19,583 nt of DNA, taken from Candidatus Dadabacteria bacterium (lineage in GTDB: Bacteria; Desulfobacterota_D; UBA1144; Nemesobacterales; CSP1-2). The position numbers were made by a program, and so were the translations under genes. The notes beneath the pieces are model-generated. The model did no database searches. It was given only the letters and a program-made list of their open reading frames with translations, and was not told where the DNA came from. The DNA is taken from assembly GCA_040289575.1 (NCBI GenBank), contig PSLL01000008.1, positions 22,887 through 42,469 on the forward strand. Direction: 5' to 3'. Positions 1-9,191 of the stretch are shown here, piece by piece. Numbering within the stretch: position 1 is the first letter of the stretch; each line of letters opens with the position of its first letter.

Positions 1-2
1 GG

Positions 3-359
3 ACTATAGGTGTTCTAAAAAATGGGGCGCTGGTTGGGGTCATAGGACAAAGCGACCTTGCAAATAAGGTTGTGGCTATGAGTAGAAGTCCCTCAGATGT
101 TAAGGTCTCCGAGATTATGGACACCAATATAGTGGCGGTTCAGCTTAATACATCCTTCTTTGAGTGCCTGGAACTCATGGATAAACACCATATCTCACAT
201 CTGGTTATACTGGACGACAACAGGAAATATTACGGAATGCTTTCATGGAAAGACCTGCAACAGAGATTGGTTGAAGAGCTGAAGCATCAGCTTGAGTTGA
301 CTCAGGAATACGCCTTTGGGCCGCATTGCAATCTGTTTTTGAATCAGCTAAGAAAATAG
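3..359 (+). CDS. CBS-domain (CBS pair) protein, 5'-truncated by the window edge
   Basis: The frame of ORF 72..359 is open back to position 3: TIGVLKNGALVGVIGQSDLANKVVAMSRSPSDVKVSEIMDTNIVAV...ECLELMDKHHISHLVILDD...YYGMLSWKDL. This contains two CBS motifs (LVGVIGQSDL and YYGMLSWKDL) with the typical V.EIM linker. The GTG at 72 is therefore internal. Confidence 0.88.
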   Translation, partial: TIGVLKNGALVGVIGQSDLANKVVAMSRSPSDVKVSEIMDTNIVAVQLNTSFFECLELMDKHHISHLVILDDNRKYYGMLSWKDLQQRLVEELKHQLELTQEYAFGPHCNLFLNQLRK

Positions 360-388
360 CAGTAAATGATTGATATACTCGCTACTTA

Positions 389-1108
389 TCATGAGAATTC
401 TATTTCTCTCACTCTTTTCGGATCAAACTCCCGGATCAGATTTAATTCCTCTTCCGTCGGTGGCGGAGTAAAGGGGACGGGCGAAACCGGAAAGCCCGTA
501 TTTTCTCTAACCTCTTCATAACTCGAATATGGATGAATGGTATCTAATACGAGGCTTCCTTTTTCTTTTCTAAAGACCGCAAGAGGTGTAACAACTCTAT
601 AGAGGTTTCCGCTTGCCGTAACAATCGGGCATTTATCTATGAACGTGCGCCTGTCGTGCCTTGTTCTCCACAGTATTACGCGCCTGGTGTTCGGATAAAT
701 CAGGGCGCTTCCTGCACCGCCCGTAAATTGGGCTTTTATCCTCTCGCCTTCTGCAATGTGACTCAGATTAAAATTTCCATATTTATCTATCTGTACTCCT
801 GAGAGGAACGCAACATCCAGTTCCCCCCTTGCCGAGATATCAAATATCTCGGCAAGGGTGATAGATGCCCTTCCTTTATAGAGTTGATTGTGAACGGTTG
901 TGTGTGGAGCAAAATCGGGGGTTGGATTGATTCTTCCGGGAATATTGAGCCAAGTGAGGTTTGGATTGTAGAGTCTTCTGCCGAGCCAGATTGCAAAAAA
1001 GGGGAGATTCGATGCCACACCCATAAATGCGTTTTCTGCATCTCTAAGAAGCCGAGCCATCGTAACTATCATCATATCGGCCTTTGAAAATTCTGTTGAT
1101 TTACCCAC
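389..1108 (-). CDS. Class I CoA-transferase-fold protein, beta subunit (GctB/AibB-like), lacking the canonical catalytic Glu
   Basis: Motifs DVAFLSGVQIDKYGNFN, FTGGAGS, RHDRRTFI, VVTPLAVF, EEVRENTGF and PPTEEELNLIREFDP are typical of GctB/PcaJ-like beta subunits. It lies directly downstream of an alpha subunit. GTG start with a purine-rich RBS (AAGGAAGGGG on the minus strand). Confidence 0.88.
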   Translation of the reverse strand: MGKSTEFSKADMMIVTMARLLRDAENAFMGVASNLPFFAIWLGRRLYNPNLTWLNIPGRINPTPDFAPHTTVHNQLYKGRASITLAEIFDISARGELDVAFLSGVQIDKYGNFNLSHIAEGERIKAQFTGGAGSALIYPNTRRVILWRTRHDRRTFIDKCPIVTASGNLYRVVTPLAVFRKEKGSLVLDTIHPYSSYEEVRENTGFPVSPVPFTPPPTEEELNLIREFDPKRVREIEFS

Positions 1109-1185
1109 AATTAAGCCCCTTCCTTTTTAGCCACGAATGAATATAAGTAAAATAACTAAATAACAAATCTAACCGGACGCTGACT

Positions 1186-1278
1186 GTCATTCTGAGCGAA
1201 GCGAAGAATCTAATACATCTAAAAATCAAGATGCTTCACAGAGTTTACACTGAGCAGAGCGAATGTGTTCAGCATGAC
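1186..1278. repeat. REP-like intergenic palindrome of the GTCATTCTGAGCGAAGCGAAGAATCT type
   Basis: Left arm gtcattctgagcgaagcgaagaatct (1186-1211). The right arm is split into agatgcttcac (1229-1239) and gttcagcatgac (1267-1278), with an internal ctgagcagagcgaa (1250-1263) resembling the arm motif. The ends GTCAT...ATGAC are complementary. Confidence 0.8.
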
Positions 1279-1305
1279 TTTTAGCGGTGTTTTTATGGCT
1301 CAACC

Positions 1306-2097
1306 TCAAGGTCTAACCTCTTCAAGATAATATCTAAGTCCTTCCCTATCTTTTATTGATAGATACTTCTTTATGTGCTCGGAGGAGTAGTCATAATACG
1401 GATAACACGCTCCTGGAAAGGCGCCTTTTGGTGATTCCACAACAGCCGATACCTTAAATCCAGGGATAACGGCTAAGTCTCCTTCCATCGTGATTTCATC
1501 CTTAGAAACTATCTTCTCCGTTGTGACAATAATCTTCTTTGCGGCGCGGGTCATGAAAATATCCTCAAAAACCGGCCCATAGATAATGGCGTTTCCTTCT
1601 TCATCCGCCTTCTGGGCGTGAATCACAGCCCAGTCGGGATAGATAGCGGGCACAGTTAATACCTCTCCCTCTCCATAGGGGTTATTTACGGCTTTAAATT
1701 TATTAACCAGATAACTCTCGCCTAAGTTGGCAATTGGCATAAAGGGTACTCCAAATGCCGCTGCTCTGAGGCTTGATATGACTGTATAGCAGGAGTTTTC
1801 CTCAAAACGGACTTTTCCTTCTTCAACGGCGCGCCGGAAATTGGGCGCAAGACCGAATTCGGCTTCAAAGCTCACGTACCCTGCTGTAACTTCATCTAGG
1901 CATTCTGCAAAGCAGAGCAGATCAAAGTCGTAATTTGCCGCCGTTTTCATAACCTTAAGCCCCTTTTTTCCCTGACGTGCAATCTCTCTTGCAAAGGCTG
2001 CAGGTATACGCTGAAGGAGGAGTCCCCCCATAGCCAGCCTCTGTCCGTCGGATATAAGGGATGCCGCCTCTTCAATTGTCTTTACTTTACTATTCAT
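1306..2097 (-). CDS. Class I CoA-transferase-fold protein, alpha subunit (GctA/AibA-like)
   Basis: Motifs TIEEAASLISDGQRLAMGG, RIPAAFAREIARQGKKGL, LRAAAFGVPFMP, VPAIYPDWAVIHAQKADEEGN and VSAVVESPKGAFPGACYPYY. GGAG RBS upstream on the minus strand (ctcc at 2110-2113). Confidence 0.9.
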   Translation of the reverse strand: MNSKVKTIEEAASLISDGQRLAMGGLLLQRIPAAFAREIARQGKKGLKVMKTAANYDFDLLCFAECLDEVTAGYVSFEAEFGLAPNFRRAVEEGKVRFEENSCYTVISSLRAAAFGVPFMPIANLGESYLVNKFKAVNNPYGEGEVLTVPAIYPDWAVIHAQKADEEGNAIIYGPVFEDIFMTRAAKKIIVTTEKIVSKDEITMEGDLAVIPGFKVSAVVESPKGAFPGACYPYYDYSSEHIKKYLSIKDREGLRYYLEEVRP

Positions 2098-2246
2098 CTG
2101 GTTAGGTGTCTCCTGATTTTAGTTGATACATAATCAAAGATTAGCATAAACCAGGAATAAAAAGAAGAAAAACCCCTTTTATTATAATATTGGGTAGGGA
2201 TTTGAAGCAATATTTTATCATCTCCAAAACTTAAAACCCCAGTCCA

Positions 2247-2302
2247 TGACATTTTTTGTCACATAAAGCTCTCTCTGTGGAGTCAATTCTGAGGAATTGA
2301 CT
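2247..2302. promoter_or_regulatory. Two dyad-symmetry sites, candidate upstream activator sequences for a sigma54 enhancer-binding protein
   Basis: TGACA-N5-TGTCA at 2247-2261 and a perfect AGTCAATTC-N4-GAATTGACT at 2281-2302. They lie about 180-240 bp upstream of the sigma54 element, separated from it by a very AT-rich tract with an IHF-like site (AATCAACGTATTT on the minus strand, about 2330-2342, one mismatch to WATCAANNNNTTR). Confidence 0.5.
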
Positions 2303-2483
2303 AAACATATTTTACGAGTATAACTGTTTAAATACGTTGATTTGAAAAACTAATTACCACTTAATTTTATACATTAATTTTGATTAGATATATTTCCTTT
2401 TGGTTATTATAATGACTTTTCTCATCTTAGTATTTAACCATTATTAAATGGAAATAATATAGAATAAATTATGGAATCATAAA

Positions 2484-2499
2484 TGGCACAGATATTGCA
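2484..2499 (+). promoter_or_regulatory. Sigma54 (RpoN) -24/-12 promoter
   Basis: TGGCAC-AGATA-TTGCA matches the TGGCAC-N5-TTGCW consensus exactly. It is intergenic, correctly oriented and about 50 bp upstream of the GTG at 2548. Confidence 0.85.
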
Positions 2500-2547
2500 A
2501 ATAACAAAGCAGGAAAAATTATATATCAAAACCCAGGGAGCTAGGGT

Positions 2548-2922
2548 GTGAGTACTAAGGGTATTCTAGATAATGAATCCAATCTGTTTAAGGTATGCCT
2601 CTACATTTTAACGGTAATCGTTATCATAACTGGGATCTTAAAGCTGACTTTACCACAAACAGTCTTGCAGAAGCCCTTAAGCCCGGTCTTATCTCCCTAT
2701 AGTTATAATTCAATTCGGCAGAAGTACCTTCTTAAAAAAGAGGATTCCATTAGAAAAGTTTTAAAAGAGGCTTCTGAGCTCTATTCGGCAATTCTTGGAT
2801 ATTTGACTTCTCCTCTTATTACGAACTTATACTGGGAATCGCTCATTAATATAGGAAAGCCACTTCATTATACCTTCTTTTTCGCTTTACCTCACCACAG
2901 ATCACCGCCTATTTTTAGTTGA
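2548..2922 (+). CDS. Membrane-anchored leader protein with a C-terminal RSPP (RAPP-like) motif; putative ribosome-arrest uORF
   Basis: RBS AGGGAG at 2535-2540, 7 nt before the GTG. N-terminal hydrophobic segment VCLYILTVIVIITGILKLTL. C-terminus FFFALPHHRSPPIFS*, with RSPP encoded at 2899-2910, three codons before the stop. Confidence 0.65.
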   Translation: MSTKGILDNESNLFKVCLYILTVIVIITGILKLTLPQTVLQKPLSPVLSPYSYNSIRQKYLLKKEDSIRKVLKEASELYSAILGYLTSPLITNLYWESLINIGKPLHYTFFFALPHHRSPPIFS

Positions 2923-3006
2923 ATCTCCTTAGTTTAGCTATTACCACTCTAGAAAAACTAATCCGCCCTGTTTCTTGTCATATTCAGGACAGAGTTAGTT
3001 TGGCAA

Positions 3007-3025
3007 TTTCCCTTGGGAAGGGAGG
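3007..3025 (+). promoter_or_regulatory. Hairpin that can sequester the sulfotransferase Shine-Dalgarno sequence
   Basis: tttccctt (3007-3014) pairs with aagggagg (3018-3025), giving 6 Watson-Crick plus 2 G-U pairs and a 3-nt loop. The 3' arm includes the GGAGG RBS (3021-3025) of the ATG at 3032. Confidence 0.45.
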
Positions 3026-3031
3026 AAATAA

Positions 3032-3997
3032 ATGGAAATACAGAGAGTAAATACACTAAATGAAAAGCACAGGTATTTAGGTGCGGGACGTCATGTACCC
3101 AACTTCTTCATAGTGGGTGCTGCAAAGTCTGGTACAACGTCGCTTTATCACTACCTTAAACAACACCCTGAGATCTATATGAGTCCTGTAAAAGAACCAA
3201 AGTACTTTCTTGCATCTATAAACAAATTCCCTCACAATGGACCTGGCGACATTGAGGTTGATAAAAAAATTATTAGAACATGGGATGAGTACTTAAAACT
3301 TTTTAGCAATGCCTCTGTCGAAAAATGCATCGGAGAGGCTTCTTGTGGTTACCTTTATTACTGTGAACTTGTTGCACCATCAATAAAACGCATCAGCCCT
3401 GAGGCAAAGATAATTATAGTTTTAAGAAATCCCGTAGAAAGGGCCTTTTCTGCGTATTGTTATCTTTTTAGGGAAGGTAGAGAAACCCTCAGCTTTGAGG
3501 AAGCCCTGAAGATTGAAGAAGAGAGGAAAAAAAGGAATTATGAATTTATATGGTTTTATAAAGACCTTGGTTTTTATTATTGTGGGGTTAAAGCTTATCT
3601 TAATACATTTGGTGAAGAAAATGTAAAGATATGCTTATATGATGATTTCAAGCGAAACCCTCTTGGAGTTATAAAGGACATCTTTAGATTTCTTGGAGTA
3701 GATGAAAACTTTGTTCCGGACATATCTATAAAACATAATGTCTCGCAAATAGCTAAAAATAAATCTTTTCAGAACCTTCTTTTAGATTACAATCATCCTC
3801 TAAAGAAGCTGTTTCGCTCCCTCTTATTGAATGCAGTGGGCAAAGAAAATACTGAGAAGTTGGTTAATTATTTTAGGAATGTGAATTCAGTAAAGATGAA
3901 ACCAAAGACAAGAAGATATTTAGCCGAGTTTTACAGGGATGACATCTTAATGTTACAGAGTCTAATAAGGCGAGACCTCTCGGATTGGCTAAAATAG
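3032..3997 (+). CDS. PAPS-dependent sulfotransferase family protein
   Basis: 5'-phosphosulfate-binding loop PNFFIVGAAKSGTTSLYHYLKQHPEI, KEPKYF, GEASCGY, the 3'-phosphate-binding motif KIIIVLRNPVERAFSAY, and IFRFLGVD. Strong GGAGG RBS. Confidence 0.95.
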   Translation: MEIQRVNTLNEKHRYLGAGRHVPNFFIVGAAKSGTTSLYHYLKQHPEIYMSPVKEPKYFLASINKFPHNGPGDIEVDKKIIRTWDEYLKLFSNASVEKCIGEASCGYLYYCELVAPSIKRISPEAKIIIVLRNPVERAFSAYCYLFREGRETLSFEEALKIEEERKKRNYEFIWFYKDLGFYYCGVKAYLNTFGEENVKICLYDDFKRNPLGVIKDIFRFLGVDENFVPDISIKHNVSQIAKNKSFQNLLLDYNHPLKKLFRSLLLNAVGKENTEKLVNYFRNVNSVKMKPKTRRYLAEFYRDDILMLQSLIRRDLSDWLK

Positions 3998-4032
3998 AAT
4001 CTTGTATTGAGAATATCATCACCTGTTGGTGA

Positions 4033-6615
<2,583 letters not shown>

Positions 6616-6618
6616 CCA

Positions 6619-7092
6619 TTAATACGGCAGCCATCTGGGTCTCTTAGAAGAGATGACGCCTGTATAAACACCAATAAAATTAAGCCCTCCGAATAGACGT
6701 GCGTGCTCAATCTTCATACATCGGTTCATAACGACCTCAAGCCCCGCCTCTTCGGCTCTTTTGGCGGCCTCTTCATTTACAATTCCCAGTTGCATCCACA
6801 CGACCTTTGCCCCTATTCTAATTGCGTCTTCTACAATAGGAGGAACATCCTCGGGTCTTCGGAAAATATCCACAACGTCCACTGGCTCTGGAATCTCAAG
6901 CAGTCCCGGATAGCATTTTTCCCCTAAGACCTCTTTATATGCGGGATTTACGGGAATGATCCTATATCCGTGATCATGAAGGTACTTTGCGGCAAAGAAG
7001 CTCGGGCGATACCAATTTGCCGAAAGCCCAACTACGGCAATGGTATGATTTTCCTTTAAAATCCTCCGCAGAGTTTCTATATCATCTCTCAT
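6619..7092 (-). CDS. CoA-binding protein (YccU/CoA_binding_2-like)
   Basis: Motifs TIAVVGLS...RPS, GYRIIPVNP, VLGEKCYPGLLEIPEPVDVVDIFRR, GAKVVWMQLGI and AGLEVVMNRCMKIEH. Confidence 0.93.
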   Translation of the reverse strand: MRDDIETLRRILKENHTIAVVGLSANWYRPSFFAAKYLHDHGYRIIPVNPAYKEVLGEKCYPGLLEIPEPVDVVDIFRRPEDVPPIVEDAIRIGAKVVWMQLGIVNEEAAKRAEEAGLEVVMNRCMKIEHARLFGGLNFIGVYTGVISSKRPRWLPY

Positions 7093-7621
7093 TTGGTTTG
7101 CCTCTATAGGTAAACTTTCTGCTTGAGCGACAAGATAAAGAGATTATTATATAATCTACCTTAGTTTATTTAGATCCTACAAATTTGAGAGATCGTAGAT
7201 AACGGAACTATCATTCGATTCTGAGAAAACAGATGAACGCATAAGGGACTTGAGAAATACTTTAATCGCTTTACAATCTTTTTGGCAATGAATCTGTATA
7301 TGATAGAGGCTGACTCTGTAAGTTGACACGAGTGATAATTTAAATTCGAAGAATTGAGCAATGACCCAAATATAAGCCAACTCACCTGTTCTGTATTGAG
7401 ATCAAGCTGTCGTGAAGTTGAGTTGTATTGGAAAAATTGTAAACTAGATGATTGGTTGGGAGAAGCACAATGCATCCGAAAAGATATATAGTCTGGTCAA
7501 AAAATGAGATTGATTGGTTGAGTTCTATAGGGTGAGTCTTGTATTTGCCTGGAAATTAGAGCAATCATGAGGGTTATCCACTACAATACTAAATCAAACG
7601 ATTTGGTGAATAGGGACAAAT

Positions 7622-8299
7622 ATGTGCGGACGATACACGCAAACTATTGATTTAGAAACCCTACAGAGGCGTTTTGAATTTGATTCGGGTGGGGTCGCGC
7701 TTGAGCCGCGATACAATCTCGCCCCGGGACAAGAGGCGCCTGTGGTTGTTGGGGAAGGTGCAAGGATTCTCAAACTGATGCGGTGGGGGCTTGTGCCGTA
7801 CTGGGCAAAAGAGGCTTCTATAGGATACAGGATGATAAATGCGCGGGCGGAGACACTGACGCAAAAACCGAGTTTCAAGAAATCTTTTAGAGAGAGGCGC
7901 TGCCTTGTTTTAGCGGATGGTTTTTACGAATGGCGTAAATTAAAGGACAAACGCGCTGGGATTCCGATGCGCTTTACGCTAAAAGGCCGAGAGCCATTTG
8001 CATTCGCCGGTCTATGGGATATATGGAAAAGACCGGAGGGAGATATACTTCTCTCATTCACAATCATAACGACAGAGGCAAATGAACTGCTGCGCCCTAT
8101 TCATGATAGAATGCCCGTGATTCTCAGACATGAGGATGAGGATAAATGGCTTGATCCCGATTTGAAGAACGTTGACCATCTGATTCCGCTCCTTTTGCCC
8201 TATCCATCCGATATGATGGAGGGATACGAGGTTTCAACGCTGGTTAATTCTCCTAAAAACGATGTTCCAGAGTGTATCATGCCCAAGGGTGGTCAGTAG
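7622..8299 (+). CDS. SOS response-associated peptidase (SRAP; YedK/HMCES family abasic-site protecting protein)
   Basis: N-terminal MCGRY (catalytic Cys2), RYNLAPGQ, MRWGLVPYW, INARAET, RCLVLADGFYEW (Glu), FAFAGLWD and IHDRMPVIL (His). Confidence 0.96.
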   Translation: MCGRYTQTIDLETLQRRFEFDSGGVALEPRYNLAPGQEAPVVVGEGARILKLMRWGLVPYWAKEASIGYRMINARAETLTQKPSFKKSFRERRCLVLADGFYEWRKLKDKRAGIPMRFTLKGREPFAFAGLWDIWKRPEGDILLSFTIITTEANELLRPIHDRMPVILRHEDEDKWLDPDLKNVDHLIPLLLPYPSDMMEGYEVSTLVNSPKNDVPECIMPKGGQ

Positions 8300-8417
8300 A
8301 CAGTGTATTTCCACATTTGCGGTAACGAGCTCGATATTGCTAGGGGGCTTTATTCGGTTATTATATAATCAGTTTTTTGTAACGAGATAAAATTTCGGAG
8401 AATAAAGGAAGAACAAA

Positions 8418-9191
8418 ATGAATTTTAAAGATGACATACACGTTGCACTTCCGTGGTATATCATGGAGAAGTACTTTAGTCTTGCGTACTCAACGGGGCT
8501 CAATCTGGAATTTGGGCTAAGCAGTGATGTATTAGACCGCCTTGAATTTAAGGAGGTCGAGAGAGTAGGAGAACTAATGAAAAATAAGGGACTAACCTGT
8601 ACACTCCACGCCCCTTTTTTGGATCTCTCCTCCGGCGCGCTTGATTTAAAGGTCCTTGACATTACAAGGCTCAGATTCAAACAGGCTATGGATGTAGCCA
8701 ACATTCTAAGGCCAAGATGCATTGTGTTTCATACCGGATTCGACACACACCACTATGGTGGATATGTAGAACATTGGGTTCGGAAGTGTATCGAGACATG
8801 GAAATTGGTGATGGATTATGCGGAAAAGTTTGAGTTAAAAATAGCCATAGAAAATGTCTTTGACACTAACCCCGGTGTACTAAAGAAGATAATCTCTTCT
8901 ATTCCTCATCCACTTTTGGGAGTTTGCCTCGATGCGGGTCATATAAATGTCTTTTCCCGAGTCTCTATCGAGGAGTGGTTTGATGAACTAGGGGATAAGA
9001 TTTTCGAGACGCACCTTCACGACAATAACGGTAAGTACGATGAGCACATCGGGATTGGTGCTGGCACATTTGATTTTCAAAAGTTCTTTAAACTCCTCTG
9101 GAGAGATAGCACACGACCCCTTCTTACAATTGAGGCATCTAATCCAAATTCGGTAAAAGAGAGTATGGATTATTTAATCAACCTAAAATAA
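8418..9191 (+). CDS. Sugar-phosphate isomerase/epimerase / AP-endonuclease-2-like TIM-barrel metalloprotein
   Basis: Metal-ligand motifs LHAPF.DL, VFHTG, IAIENV, CLDAGH, HLHDNNG..DEHIGIGAG and LTIE. The stop overlaps the next start (TAATG at 9189-9193). Confidence 0.9.
   Translation: MNFKDDIHVALPWYIMEKYFSLAYSTGLNLEFGLSSDVLDRLEFKEVERVGELMKNKGLTCTLHAPFLDLSSGALDLKVLDITRLRFKQAMDVANILRPRCIVFHTGFDTHHYGGYVEHWVRKCIETWKLVMDYAEKFELKIAIENVFDTNPGVLKKIISSIPHPLLGVCLDAGHINVFSRVSIEEWFDELGDKIFETHLHDNNGKYDEHIGIGAGTFDFQKFFKLLWRDSTRPLLTIEASNPNSVKESMDYLINLK

Noticed and set aside
787..1087. ORFs 787..1041 (-) and 884..1087 (+)
   Set aside because: They are shadow ORFs fully inside the CoA-transferase-fold beta gene, with no recognisable motifs.
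7170..7475. Minus-strand ORFs 7170..7475 and 7177..7380 as real genes
   Set aside because: No convincing RBS or motif, the composition looks like antisense translation, and they overlap each other.
7540..7621. LexA box upstream of SRAP
   Set aside because: No palindrome matching a LexA consensus I know is visible, and the host lineage's motif is unknown.
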